64,000 bases of DNA, taken from positions 1,056,001-1,120,000 of the forward strand of contig CATQHZ020000001.1 of the NCBI GenBank assembly GCA_958296135.2, read 5' to 3'. The stretch comes from an uncultured Poribacteria bacterium. GTDB taxonomy: Bacteria > Poribacteria > WGA-4E > WGA-3G. Positions 53,177 through 63,700 of this stretch are shown piece by piece. Both the position numbers and the translations under genes were made by a program. Position 1 is the first letter of the stretch. Each line of letters opens with the position of its first letter. The notes under the pieces are model-generated. The model made no database searches. It was not told the origin of the DNA and saw only the letters and a program-made list of their open reading frames with translations.

Positions 53177-53342
53177 TGGGGCAGGAGCTCGTGCTGCGGT
53201 GGCAGTGACGTTTTTCGTGTCGGGCGCGGGTTCGCGAGGGGCACCCTCGGCGATTCGCGCTCGCCGGGTTTTCCCTCGCGCTACGGTGGGGAGAAGCAAA
53301 TCGGCGCTGCGGTGGGATGCGGCCTCCTTCTCACGGATTCAC

Positions 53343-53834
53343 CTATTGCTGTTTTGAAAGCAAGTCGACTATCTTGTTCAACATCGGGAAGAGTCTCTCG
53401 GTGAACGCTTTTATTTCGACGTAACGTCCGAATACGTCCGCTACCTCCTCCCTCAATTTTGCTATCGCCTCGCCTTTTTTAAGCAAGTCTTGGCGGAGCA
53501 TCTCGTTTTCCCGGCGGAGTTCGTCGTTTTCCGCTTGCATGGCGTTAAGTCGCCGGTCGGTGGCACTCTGAAACTCCCGGTATTGCAGGCGGAGTCCCTC
53601 GTTTTCCTCTCGGAGTTTTTCGTTTTCCGCTTGCATGGCCTTGAGTTGCCGGTCGGCAGCACTCTGGAATTCACGTTGTTGCAGGCGAAGTTCTTCGTTT
53701 TCCTTTCGGAGTTCTTCGTTTTCCTTCTGAAGGGTATTGCACCGCCGATACAACAGAAACAATCCCAGGAAACTAAAACTAAACACGCCTATGTCAACAA
53801 TAGTCACATTGAACCAAACCAGATCCATTTCCAA
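53343..53834 (-). CDS. TM-anchored coiled-coil protein with a 32-aa tandem repeat
   Basis: AGGAGG RBS, TM helix, two copies of ExLRxENExLRLQxREFQSAxDRxLxAMQAEN. Confidence 0.75.
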   Translation of the reverse strand: MEMDLVWFNVTIVDIGVFSFSFLGLFLLYRRCNTLQKENEELRKENEELRLQQREFQSAADRQLKAMQAENEKLREENEGLRLQYREFQSATDRRLNAMQAENDELRRENEMLRQDLLKKGEAIAKLREEVADVFGRYVEIKAFTERLFPMLNKIVDLLSKQQ

Positions 53835-54030
53835 TCCTCCTTGTTTTGGAACTCCCAGAGATTGCGAGAAGGCGTTCCATGTAGATAGGATACCACAGTT
53901 TAATTTGGCGTGTCAAGTTTTTTTTTGCGAGAAATCAGGACGATTTCAATTAAGGGCGGATATGGACATCCGTCCTTACCGTTTATATGAGAATTGAATC
54001 GTCTTGGCGAGAAACCTGCGCGAGAAAAAT

Positions 54031-54059
54031 TTGACTTTTTAATGCCGCTGTGGTATAAT
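54031..54059 (+). promoter_or_regulatory. Sigma-70 promoter of the cysteine cluster
   Basis: TTGACT-N17-TATAAT with an extended -10 TG. Confidence 0.7.
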
Positions 54060-54100
54060 TAACGTAATCAATAGGGAGGAGTGACGCGCGCCGCAACAAA

Positions 54101-55048
54101 ATGAAAGCCAAAAACCTGACGCAGCTCATCGGGAATACCCCCACGATTCGCCTCAATGCCTTGACAGGAACGGAAGATGCTAGCATCTTCGCAAAGTTGG
54201 AGGCTTACAACCCCGGTGGCAGTATCAAAGATCGGATTAGTTATGCGATGATAATTGATGCTGAGGCGCGCGGTGTCCTGCGAAAAGGCGATACTATCGT
54301 TGAACCGACGGCTGGCAACACCGGTTTAGGGCTCTCACTTGTCGGTATTGCGCGCGGCTATCCGGTGATTTTGACGATGCCGGAGAACGTCAGTAGCGAG
54401 AAGTACGCGCTTCTCTCCGCATTCGGTGCGAGCATTAGGCTAACGCCGGAGCACGGGGGCATGGCTAGTGCTATCTGGAAGGCAGAGGAGATTGTCCGAG
54501 AGCATCCGCGGCACTATATGCCGAACCAGTTTACGAACCCTGCGAATCCGGAGGTTCACCGTCGCACTACCGCCGTGGAGATTCTCAGGGATATCGGGAC
54601 AGACATTGATTTTTTCGTTGCGGGCGTAGGCACAGGTGGTACACTGACGGGTGTCGGCGAGGTGCTAAAGGCACATTGCCCCGATGTCAAAATTATCGCG
54701 GTGGAGCCCCGCGTTTCAGCGGTGCTCTCCGGGGGTAGCCCGGGTCCCACGCGAATTGATGGGCTTGGCGCGGGCATGATTCCAGAAGTCTTAAACGTGG
54801 ACATCATCGACGATGTCATCGCAGTCCCCGAAGAGGTGGCTTATGAGATGATGAAGACGCTGTCACGCTGCGAAGGATTGCTGGTGGGGATGTCCTCCGG
54901 TGCGAACGCTCACGCCGCCTTGCAGATTGCGCAAGGACGGGGAGCCGATAAAACTGTCGTCACTATTCTGCCAGACACGGGTGAACGCTACTTCAGCCTG
55001 AGTCGCTATTTTGAGGTTGAATCGGACGTTATGGGGGCACTGCCCTAG
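54101..55048 (+). CDS. cysK: Cysteine synthase (PLP-dependent, CysK/CysM family)
   Basis: IGNTP, NPGGSIKDR, EPTAGNTG, GVGTGGT, PDTGERY. Confidence 0.92.
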   Translation: MKAKNLTQLIGNTPTIRLNALTGTEDASIFAKLEAYNPGGSIKDRISYAMIIDAEARGVLRKGDTIVEPTAGNTGLGLSLVGIARGYPVILTMPENVSSEKYALLSAFGASIRLTPEHGGMASAIWKAEEIVREHPRHYMPNQFTNPANPEVHRRTTAVEILRDIGTDIDFFVAGVGTGGTLTGVGEVLKAHCPDVKIIAVEPRVSAVLSGGSPGPTRIDGLGAGMIPEVLNVDIIDDVIAVPEEVAYEMMKTLSRCEGLLVGMSSGANAHAALQIAQGRGADKTVVTILPDTGERYFSLSRYFEVESDVMGALP

Positions 55049-55079
55049 AGTGGCATAGCCTTTTTTGGAGCAGGTTAAC

Positions 55080-55862
55080 ATGTCCACGCAAGAAATCAGA
55101 ACTGCTTCGACTATAGCGAACTCTGCTGTAGATGAAGCACTTCGCCAGGAAGTTCTCTTGACAGCTGAGCCGCAAGCTGTCCTTTTCTCGCTGTTTAAGC
55201 GTTTCAAGGAGCGGGCGGCGATTGTCACGAGTGGGCAGCTTTCTGGCATGGTGTTGATTCACTTGGCCGCGGAAAACCACTTGCCGTTTCGGGTTTGCAC
55301 ATTGGATACGCTGCGCCTCTTTCCGGAAACGTACGCCTTCCTTGAGCAGGTTGAAGCGCGCTACGGTATCCAAATTGAGCGGATTCAACCCGATGCACAG
55401 GAAGTCCAGCGGATGATTTCGCAACACGGGGAATACCTATTTTTTGACAGCCATGCGAAGCAGGAGCACTGCTGTAACGTTCGGAAAGTCCGGCCGATGC
55501 AACGGCTGCTGAAAACGCTGGATGTCTGGATTACGGGGCTACGGCGAGATCAGTCGGCGGAAAGAGGGAAGCTCCCGAAGGCGGAGCTCCTCTCAGCTAT
55601 GACGCACCCTATCCTGAAGGTGAGTCCGCTCATCCAATGGACGACTGAAGAGGTGTGGCAGTTTATTCGTGACAATGACATCCCGGTGAATCCGTTGCTT
55701 GAGGCAGATGCGCATGGGCATGTTTATGAATCGCTTGGGTGCATGACATGCACCACGCCTATTCGGCCGGGCGAGCCGAAACGGGCCGGACGCTGGCGTT
55801 GGCAGAACGCCGCTCCTTCCGAAGAGAACGCCAAAGAGTGTGGTTTACACTATTCTATTTAA
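55080..55862 (+). CDS. cysH: Adenylylsulfate (APS)/PAPS reductase, Fe-S type
   Basis: CCNVRKV, WITGLRRDQS, SLGCMTCT, RAGRW, ECGLH. Confidence 0.92.
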   Translation: MSTQEIRTASTIANSAVDEALRQEVLLTAEPQAVLFSLFKRFKERAAIVTSGQLSGMVLIHLAAENHLPFRVCTLDTLRLFPETYAFLEQVEARYGIQIERIQPDAQEVQRMISQHGEYLFFDSHAKQEHCCNVRKVRPMQRLLKTLDVWITGLRRDQSAERGKLPKAELLSAMTHPILKVSPLIQWTTEEVWQFIRDNDIPVNPLLEADAHGHVYESLGCMTCTTPIRPGEPKRAGRWRWQNAAPSEENAKECGLHYSI

Positions 55863-55956
55863 CCTTTTTTATTGTTTCTAGCGGTGGTGCAGCTGTGGCT
55901 GTGAAGCCAGCATCCGCTAGGAAATACGAACATGTCTATAGGAGAAATCTATTGCT

Positions 55957-56232
55957 ATGGCTGTAACAGTCCGTATTCCAACGCCGTTGCGTCGGTTGAC
56001 GCAAAATTTGGGAGAGGTTGCCGCCGAAGGTGCTGATATTGAAGGCATCATTGAAAACCTTGAGGCAAACTATCCGGGGATGAAGGAACGTCTCTGCGAT
56101 GAAGGCGGAAATATCCGCAGGTTTGTGAACGTCTATCTCAACGATGAGGACATCCGTTTCCTTGATGGGAAAGCCACGCCGGTCGCCGATGGCGCGGAAA
56201 TTTCGATTATTCCGGCTATTGCCGGTGGCTAG
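55957..56232 (+). CDS. MoaD/ThiS/CysO-family ubiquitin-like sulfur carrier
   Basis: VRIPTPLR...FVNVYLNDEDIR...IIPAIAGG with C-terminal Gly-Gly. Confidence 0.93.
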   Translation: MAVTVRIPTPLRRLTQNLGEVAAEGADIEGIIENLEANYPGMKERLCDEGGNIRRFVNVYLNDEDIRFLDGKATPVADGAEISIIPAIAGG

Positions 56233-56399
56233 GGCTTACGGTTGGGGAGGGCGGATGTAGCCGTAGCATGCTGAATGCAGATTGCCGCCTCCGTCCGCCG
56301 CACCACCGCGTCCTTCTTTTTTAAAAGATACTTAATTATCAGCAACTGGTTCAGCTGCATTGAAGCAGGGCGCGAACGCCGGCGACCGGATTGCAGAAT

Positions 56400-56867
56400 A
56401 TGCTAGTTTTACAACCCGAAACCCTAGAACAGATATATGCCCATGCGCGCTCGGAGTTTCCTGAAGAATGCTGTGGGGTTATTTTGCGCGCCGAAGATGG
56501 ACAAGAATTCGTCAGGCAGTGCCGAAATATCCAAAACGCGCGGCACCAGCAAGACCCGGGTAATTACCCGCGCGACGCGCGCACGGCATATTTAATGCAC
56601 CCCGATGACCTCATTGCTGTGCATAAAGAGGCGGAGACGCAGCACCGGCCGATTCAGGCGTTCTACCATTCACATCCAAACCACGACGCCTATTTCTCTG
56701 AAAAGGATAAGGCAGATGCGTTTCTGAAGGAATGGGACATGCCTGCTTATCCGGGTGCAGCATACATCGTTATATCTGTCTACGGCGGCGAGATTCGCGC
56801 CATGAAAGCCTTCGCATGGAATGAAACAGCCGCGGATTTCATCGAAGTGCCAGTTCAAAACCGGTAG
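56400..56867 (+). CDS. mec: JAB/MPN+ (M67) metallopeptidase, Mec-like
   Basis: PEECCG and YHSHPNHDAYFSEKD JAMM motif. Confidence 0.9.
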   Translation: MLVLQPETLEQIYAHARSEFPEECCGVILRAEDGQEFVRQCRNIQNARHQQDPGNYPRDARTAYLMHPDDLIAVHKEAETQHRPIQAFYHSHPNHDAYFSEKDKADAFLKEWDMPAYPGAAYIVISVYGGEIRAMKAFAWNETAADFIEVPVQNR

Positions 56868-56931
56868 GTGCTGTTTCCAACCGCGTCCCCTTGTAGGCGC
56901 GCCCTCCCGGTCGCGAGAAGGAGCAACACCG

Positions 56932-57171
56932 ATGTCCTCTTTAAGGGTTCGCTTAACATTTCCACCCGAAAAAGTGACTGAGCCTATCATCTATACTATC
57001 GGGCAACAGTATCAGGTAGTCACCAACATCCGCCGCGCCAACGTCACAGAGGAAGCGGGTTGGGTGATGCTAGAATTGCTGGGGCCGACGGACGAAATCG
57101 AGCGCGCCGTGAATTACCTGAAAAACATCAACGTGCAGGTTGAACTCGTCGCGGGCGATGTCGTGCAATAA
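56932..57171 (+). CDS. NIL domain protein
   Basis: RLTFP...EPIIY...VVTNIRRANV...GWVMLEL. RBS AAGGAG. Confidence 0.85.
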   Translation: MSSLRVRLTFPPEKVTEPIIYTIGQQYQVVTNIRRANVTEEAGWVMLELLGPTDEIERAVNYLKNINVQVELVAGDVVQ

Positions 57172-57213
57172 AATGTAGAACGGAAGGCGAAAAAAACGCC
57201 GTAGGAGAATAAA

Positions 57214-57909
57214 ATGAACCGGAAGACCTTGGGCATCGCGATAGCTATCCTCATCGCCTTCTGCGCCGGCATCTATTTCTGGGCCGAATGGCAGAAGCAG
57301 AAGTTCGATGCATCGCTACCGAAACCACCCGCTGTTGAACAACAGCAGGACACCGCTACCGACGATGTCACCGAGGATACCGCCGCCGGCCACTGGAAAC
57401 CCGACGGAGATGGAAAACCCGCCGGTCCGCATGAGGACCAAGCCGTCATACCAGACGAAAACACCTCAAACGGTGACGAATGGCTCACCATTGGCGATCC
57501 CTCCACAGGGGTAACAATTACCACCGATGTGGATATCTCCGAGCTCCTCACCGCCAGCGAAATTCAGACACTTAACGAGAAGATTCGCCGGGGAGACGTT
57601 CACCGTCACCCCGAGAAACTCTCGCAACGCGAAATAGAGTACCTGAGCCACGTCGGGATCGACCTCGCCATGGTACCACCCGACATACGGCGGCAAAGAC
57701 TGCAGGAAATAGAGAGAGAATTCTACGGGCAATACGGGCTCAAGCCACCGCCCGAAGGATACGGCTACAATTTCCATGACATGGACAAAGGCATCCTGTA
57801 CTTGGACGAAAACGGGATGCCCATCCTATCTGACGATAGAACCGGACGCGATGTCCCTTGGGCAGAAGTATCCGCGCACTTTGAAGGAGATCCCTATGTT
57901 CAGAAATAA
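57214..57909 (+). CDS. Membrane-anchored hypothetical protein (SLP-motif family)
   Basis: AGGAG RBS, TM helix plus AEWQKQKFDASLPKPP. Confidence 0.8.
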   Translation: MNRKTLGIAIAILIAFCAGIYFWAEWQKQKFDASLPKPPAVEQQQDTATDDVTEDTAAGHWKPDGDGKPAGPHEDQAVIPDENTSNGDEWLTIGDPSTGVTITTDVDISELLTASEIQTLNEKIRRGDVHRHPEKLSQREIEYLSHVGIDLAMVPPDIRRQRLQEIEREFYGQYGLKPPPEGYGYNFHDMDKGILYLDENGMPILSDDRTGRDVPWAEVSAHFEGDPYVQK

Positions 57910-58034
57910 ACGAACTTGAAACATTCTCCTTGCCTCCCTCCTTCGCATGGAACCAGAGCTCCGAAAACTACCAGACAGGAAACATCTCGCTTGAAGAATC
58001 CATTCGCCGTGCCAGAAACTGAAAAGGGAACCCC

Positions 58035-60296
58035 ATGCAACGCTTACAAACCCGTTTATCGCAGTTTCTACCCGATTTAGGCGTTGTCCGCTCTTCTCCC
58101 CTTCAACCTTACGTCGGACTCATCACCTTCTCAGCACTTTCCCTCGCAATAGGCTGCGGGATAGTCCTCCGAAACTATCTCACTTTTGCATGGCACGATA
58201 CTTCAGGCGTAATCGGCTGGGTCCGCATTCACCAGTATCCGAAACAACAAGAATTCTTCTATTACCTACTGGCACTTATTGGCATCCCCGCGGTGATATG
58301 TCTCTACTGGCTCGGCTGGCAGCTCTATTCTCATTGGGCAGCCAAACTGACAGCGCAACCGGTCTGCCATGTGCTTAAGGCGAACGCCTTGGCATCACTG
58401 CCGTTGTGGTTCTGTTGGCTACAACTTGTCAACGTGGACGCGGCTGGGGTGGCAGGTTTATTTCTCCCCATCGGTTTATCTGTCTTGACCAAGGTTGGGT
58501 TGCTCTATAACCGCTTTCTACCCGCCTTACAACATTCGGCAGATTTGCAAATTGAGGCACCATCTGCGGGAGTAAGCGCGCCCTCCCGGTCCCGGCTTCT
58601 AGACTTCAGTCAACGTTGCGCTGAATACGTCCTCCTCCCGATTTTCGTGTACCTCCTGATGTATTCGGGGAATATTGATGGGGCGCTCGATCTGTTTCAC
58701 GAAGGCGAACGCCTCGCGCCGCTGAATGAGATGTTACGCGGCGGCATTCCGTTCCGCGATATTTACGTCCAGCACGGGCTCTTCCAGAATACCTATTTGG
58801 CAGGCGTTGGGAGTCTGCTCTTTGAACCCACCCTGATGGGTGTGCGTTTGATGGAGCACGTCTTAGCCCCACTCGGCTACGTCGCGCTCTATCTACTCGG
58901 TTTGCAAGTCTTCCGCGCGCGATGGTTAATCGCCTTTATTTGCGTCCTCATCGCCTCTGGCACCGAATTCTCCGTTTCCGCGCGGCACAGTTTGGGTTTG
59001 CTCAGTTTCGCGATGGTGGCGAATTTTCTAACGCACTTCCGTAAGAGAACCCTCCCTGTCTCCGGGATTCGTCAGCATCTCACTTTCGGATGGAAGCTCA
59101 TCGTCGCCGGTATTTTGACAAGTTTGGCATTCTGGTATAGCACCGAGATTGGGCTCTATTCCCTCGGCGGTATCGGTTTATTCCTACTGCTATTTAGTCT
59201 GCAAAACGGGATGTCACTCTCAACGCGTCCGTTACCGTTGAGCCATTACATTTGCGGGATTCTGCTCGGTTTCCTCCCGGTGAGCCTTTACTTTCTGTGG
59301 CACGGTGCATTGGATGACCTGGGCTGGAATACCTATATCCAATGCCGCTACCAAATCGCGACGTGGGGATTAGCGTTTCCTTCACTCTCAGAGACACTGG
59401 GGATTCTCACTAAGGAAGGCTGGCGGGCTTTTGTCTTAAGCGAGGGGTTTCGGTGGTATCTGCCGATTGGCGTTTTTCTCACCGTGGCAGCCCATCTCAC
59501 CTATCGGTGTCTCCGCGGCGAATTGTGGACTTCAGAAGGCGCGACGAAACTGCTCCTCTTGTTGCTCGGCGGGATAGCCTTTTTCCGGACGGCCCTCGGC
59601 AGAGCTGATGGCGGACATTTGCATTACGGTTCGACTTTCCTGTGGCTTCTCTGTTTACTGCCGCTTGAACGCGGATTTTTCGGCATGGCGCATCATCTAT
59701 TTGCGAGTGCCCTGCGTTTTGTAAGGCGGCCGCCCACTCCTATCCCGCGCCGAGGCTTAACCTCTCTGAACGCCGCATGGATACTGATACCGATAGCGAT
59801 ATTCGGCTGGTATGTCGGCGAAGTGCATCAACCGCTGGCCGGTTTTGGGGAAAAATGGCAGCGATTGCGTCAAAATCCTTTCAGTCGGCGCGTTGCATCG
59901 GCAGAATTGGCGCGCGCCGGGCGCGTTGACATCCCCGATAAGCAGGTAGAACAGCTCCAGAAAGTGGTGGCCTACATCCACGAACACACCGCGCCCGACG
60001 AAAAGATTTTTGATTTTACGAGTCAAGGTGCCTATTACTTTTTCGCGAACCGGCCGAGCGTCACCCGATTTCATCAGGTTTCGTATGCCTCAACGCCTGC
60101 GATGCAGCGAGAGGTTGTCGCAGCATTGGCACGCGATGGGACGCGGTTGGTGCTCTTCAAAACCGGCGGTTGGTTTGATGCCGTTGATGGAATTCCTGTT
60201 GAGGCGCGGCATCCTATCATCGCGGCATATCTGCGAGCCAACTACACACGGGCCGTTGACATTAACGGCACACAAATTTTATGGCGGAACCCTTAG
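58035..60296 (+). CDS. Polytopic membrane protein, possibly GT-C glycosyltransferase-like
   Basis: Many TM helices, DLFHEG...PFRDIYVQHG loop, C-terminal IHEHTAPDEKIF...YYFFANRP. Confidence 0.7.
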   Translation: MQRLQTRLSQFLPDLGVVRSSPLQPYVGLITFSALSLAIGCGIVLRNYLTFAWHDTSGVIGWVRIHQYPKQQEFFYYLLALIGIPAVICLYWLGWQLYSHWAAKLTAQPVCHVLKANALASLPLWFCWLQLVNVDAAGVAGLFLPIGLSVLTKVGLLYNRFLPALQHSADLQIEAPSAGVSAPSRSRLLDFSQRCAEYVLLPIFVYLLMYSGNIDGALDLFHEGERLAPLNEMLRGGIPFRDIYVQHGLFQNTYLAGVGSLLFEPTLMGVRLMEHVLAPLGYVALYLLGLQVFRARWLIAFICVLIASGTEFSVSARHSLGLLSFAMVANFLTHFRKRTLPVSGIRQHLTFGWKLIVAGILTSLAFWYSTEIGLYSLGGIGLFLLLFSLQNGMSLSTRPLPLSHYICGILLGFLPVSLYFLWHGALDDLGWNTYIQCRYQIATWGLAFPSLSETLGILTKEGWRAFVLSEGFRWYLPIGVFLTVAAHLTYRCLRGELWTSEGATKLLLLLLGGIAFFRTALGRADGGHLHYGSTFLWLLCLLPLERGFFGMAHHLFASALRFVRRPPTPIPRRGLTSLNAAWILIPIAIFGWYVGEVHQPLAGFGEKWQRLRQNPFSRRVASAELARAGRVDIPDKQVEQLQKVVAYIHEHTAPDEKIFDFTSQGAYYFFANRPSVTRFHQVSYASTPAMQREVVAALARDGTRLVLFKTGGWFDAVDGIPVEARHPIIAAYLRANYTRAVDINGTQILWRNP

Positions 60297-60363
60297 CCAA
60301 GGCTTCTTTGGCACATCTGAATTTTCTTGCAATGCAATGCCAAAATATGCTATACTACAAACT

Positions 60364-63300
60364 ATGCCACTGCTCAACCTCAAACCAACGCATAAGGCAA
60401 TAACTGCCTACTACGCCGCCCTTGAAAGGTATCAACAACTCGGTGTCTCCCACGAGACCGCGGTGCGCGCCGCCTTTCAAGCCCTGCTTGAAGCATGCGC
60501 ACGACGACGGAATTGGACGCTGGTTTGTGAATACTCGCTGCGACTTCCTGAGGGTTCGCGGGGGAAACCCTCGGCAGTTAGTGACTGCCGGGCCCCCGCG
60601 CTACGGGAGCCGCGACACGCGGTGATTCGCCTTGATGGCGCGCTGCTTGATGAACATAACTTGCCGCGCGGCACTTGGGAGGCAAAAGGGGTTCACGGAG
60701 ACCTCCGCGCTGACATGAGAAAGAAATTCGAGGCAGGGTATCCACAGGACAACATCCTCTTCCAAACCCCCGAGCGTGCCATTCTCTATCAGAACGGCCG
60801 CGAGGTGCTAGACGCAGACATCACTGAGCGGGAGACGCTCGTCTCGGTGCTGGAGACGTTCTTCGCCTACGAGCGTGAGAACGCCGCCGAGTGGCACGCT
60901 GCTGTCGCCGAGTTCAAAACCAAAGTGCCCGAACTGAAACGCGAGGTGGAGGCACTCATCACGGAGCAGCACGAAACGAACGCGCGCTTCCGAACGGCCT
61001 TCGCCGATTTCTATCAACTCTGTCAAGCCGCCATCCATCCGGCGCTCTCCCGGGCTGCCGTGGAGGAAATGCTTATCCAGCACTTATTGACAGAACGCAC
61101 CTTCCGCACGGTGTTCGCCAATCCGGATTTCACGCGCCGCAATATCATCGCACGCGACATTGAGAACGTCATTGACGCGCTCACCTCTAAGGCGTTTAGT
61201 CGAGACGCATTCCTCCAAAACTTGGACAGGTTCTATCGCGCCATCGAACGCGAGGCAGCCACCCTCGTCGATTTCTCACAAAAACAGCATTTTCTGAATA
61301 CCGTCTATGAACAGTTTTTTCAGGGCGATTCTGCCGATGTTGCCGATACGCACGGCATCGTCTATACGCCGCAACCGATTGTGGATTTCATGGTGAAGAG
61401 CGTTGACGCGCTCCTCCGAACCGAGTTCGAGCGTTCCCTCTCCGACGCGGGCGTTCACCTCATCGATGCGTTTGTCGGCACCGGCAACTTTATCGTCCGG
61501 CTGATGCGCGAGCTCGACCCGCTCAAACTGACTGCAAAATACCGTTCCGAACTCTGGTGCAACGAGGTGCTCCTCTTGCCCTACTATATCGCCAGTCTCA
61601 ATATTGAACGCGAGTTTTACGACATCACGCAGCAATATCTGCCGTTTGAAGGCATTTCCCTTGTCGATACGTTCGATCTGGCGGAAGACCGGCAGTTGTC
61701 ACTCTTAACACAAGAGAACACGGCGCGCGTGGAGAAGCAGAAGGCATCGCCGATGTTTGTCGTCATCGGCAATCCGCCCTATAACGTCGGGCAGGCGGAT
61801 GAACATGACCGGAACACGAACCGCAAGTACGCGGCGCTAGACAGGTTCATCCAAGAGACGTATGCGAAGGACTCAGTAGAGACGAACAAAAAATCGCTCT
61901 ATGACCTTTACGTCAAAGCGATAAAATGGGCATCGGAACGCATCGGCGAGGAGGGCATCGTCGCTCTCGTGACAAATAACAGTTTTCTGGACGCGAAGGC
62001 GTTTGACGGCATGCGCAAACATCTCGCCCAAGATTTTGACGCGCTCTATCTCCTCGACCTGGGTGGCAATGCCCGCAAAGACACCTTAGTCTCCAATGCG
62101 AGTGTGTTCGGCATCCGCGTCGGCGTAAGCATCAACTTCTTCGTCAAAAATCCCCGTAGGCGAGCCCTCCCGGTCTCAACAGGACGCATTTTTTACTATC
62201 GCACCGACGACGCGTGGGACAAAAACCAGAAATTCGACTTCCTCGCGCAAGCCGAGCACGTCGGCAACATCCCATGGCAAACGCTTTATCCCGACGCGCG
62301 GCACACGTGGCTCACCGAAGGACTCAACAGCGAGTTCACGACGTTTATCCCGCTAGGCAGCAAAACCGCTAAACGCGCCAAAGGCGAGGTTGAAGGTGTC
62401 ATTTTCCACCTCTATAGCAACGGCGTGAAAACCAATCGCGACCCGTGGGTTTGCAACTTTAACCGAAACACACTCGCCGAAAAGGTGCAGCTGATGAGCG
62501 ATTTCTACAATTCGCAACTGCGCGAGTGGAACGGCACCGAGGACACATCCGGGCTCACGGTTGATGATTTTGTCACCTATGCGCATACAAAAATCAAGTG
62601 GACCGGAGATTTGAGGGCGAAGTTGAAGCGCGGCCGCGCCGCCGAATACGATGAAAGCAACATTCGGCACTCGCTTTACCGCCCCTTCACAAAAACGCAT
62701 CTCTACTTTGAGCGGCACTTCAATGATAGAGTGTATCGGTTTCCCGCTATCTTTCCGACGCGAGAGACAGAAGCGGAAAATCGGGTGATTTGCGTCAATG
62801 TGACGCAGGAAAGACCTTTTACTTGTCTGATGGTTAATTGTCTCCCGAACATATCCGTGGCAGGAGGTTTTGGTTCGCCGGCGCAGTGCTTCCCCTTCTA
62901 CGTTTACGATGAAGACGGCACAAACCGCCGAGAAAACATTACCGATTGGGCGTTGCAAAACTTCCGCGTGCATTACGGCGACGAGAGTATCACCAAGGAG
63001 CACATCTTCAACTATATCTATGGGCTCCTGCATCATCCCGAGTATAGCGAACGGTATGCCGCCGATCTCAAGCGTGATCTGCCGCATATCCCTTTCGTTG
63101 AAGACTTCTGGGCATTTGCGGATGCAGGCGCGCGACTTGCTGAACTCCACGTCAACTATGAGGCGCAGCCGCAATATGAACTGACATCTATCAGAACGGG
63201 CCGCGCGTTCAATTTGCGCGTGGAACGGATGAAGTTGTCCAAAGACCGGACGCAGCTCATCTATAACGCGTCGCTCACGTTAGATGGGATCCCGGCGCGG

Positions 63301-63522
63301 GCGTTGGCGTATCGGTTGGGTGGGCGTTCGGCGTTAGAGTGGGTGGTGGATCAGTATCGCGTCAAAACCTATGAGCCGAGTGAGATTGTGAACGATCCGA
63401 ACGATGCGGAGGTGCCGGAGGCTATCGTGGCACTTATCGGTTCGGTAATTACGGTGAGTTTGAAGACGGTGGAGGTTGTGGAGGGGTTGCCGGCGTTGCA
63501 GTTGGATTTGGATTTGATATGA
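60364..63522 (+). CDS. Single-chain restriction-modification enzyme (PD-(D/E)xK nuclease, N6 methyltransferase, Type ISP-like C-terminal specificity domain; no helicase)
   Basis: RLDG...WEAK, GIVYTPQPIVDFMV, DAFVGTGNF, GNPPY, GVKTNRDPW, YRPFTK, SALEWVVDQY. Likely start ATG 60364. Confidence 0.88.
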   Translation: MPLLNLKPTHKAITAYYAALERYQQLGVSHETAVRAAFQALLEACARRRNWTLVCEYSLRLPEGSRGKPSAVSDCRAPALREPRHAVIRLDGALLDEHNLPRGTWEAKGVHGDLRADMRKKFEAGYPQDNILFQTPERAILYQNGREVLDADITERETLVSVLETFFAYERENAAEWHAAVAEFKTKVPELKREVEALITEQHETNARFRTAFADFYQLCQAAIHPALSRAAVEEMLIQHLLTERTFRTVFANPDFTRRNIIARDIENVIDALTSKAFSRDAFLQNLDRFYRAIEREAATLVDFSQKQHFLNTVYEQFFQGDSADVADTHGIVYTPQPIVDFMVKSVDALLRTEFERSLSDAGVHLIDAFVGTGNFIVRLMRELDPLKLTAKYRSELWCNEVLLLPYYIASLNIEREFYDITQQYLPFEGISLVDTFDLAEDRQLSLLTQENTARVEKQKASPMFVVIGNPPYNVGQADEHDRNTNRKYAALDRFIQETYAKDSVETNKKSLYDLYVKAIKWASERIGEEGIVALVTNNSFLDAKAFDGMRKHLAQDFDALYLLDLGGNARKDTLVSNASVFGIRVGVSINFFVKNPRRRALPVSTGRIFYYRTDDAWDKNQKFDFLAQAEHVGNIPWQTLYPDARHTWLTEGLNSEFTTFIPLGSKTAKRAKGEVEGVIFHLYSNGVKTNRDPWVCNFNRNTLAEKVQLMSDFYNSQLREWNGTEDTSGLTVDDFVTYAHTKIKWTGDLRAKLKRGRAAEYDESNIRHSLYRPFTKTHLYFERHFNDRVYRFPAIFPTRETEAENRVICVNVTQERPFTCLMVNCLPNISVAGGFGSPAQCFPFYVYDEDGTNRRENITDWALQNFRVHYGDESITKEHIFNYIYGLLHHPEYSERYAADLKRDLPHIPFVEDFWAFADAGARLAELHVNYEAQPQYELTSIRTGRAFNLRVERMKLSKDRTQLIYNASLTLDGIPARALAYRLGGRSALEWVVDQYRVKTYEPSEIVNDPNDAEVPEAIVALIGSVITVSLKTVEVVEGLPALQLDLDLI

Positions 63523-63525
63523 AGC

Positions 63526-63614
63526 ATCGAGCCCCGAGGTCTCTCCTACAAGGAGAAAGCGAGACGCGGGAGGGGGTGCCTAGCGAACATTGAGACGCGG
63601 GAGGGGGCACCTAC
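63526..63614. repeat. REP array
   Basis: Three degenerate GAGACGCGGGAGGG...CCTAC copies. Confidence 0.7.
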
Positions 63615-63700
63615 AAGTCATTTCAGTTTCCCTACAGCCGCGGGCGCGGGACAAATCAACGTGATTTGGTATAACTCACAAAATTAAAAGGAGTTTTCTC

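Noticed and set aside
60010-60363. N-terminal extension of the RM enzyme in the ORF track
   Set aside because: It overlaps the upstream gene and a promoter-like stretch. The plausible protein begins at ATG 60364.
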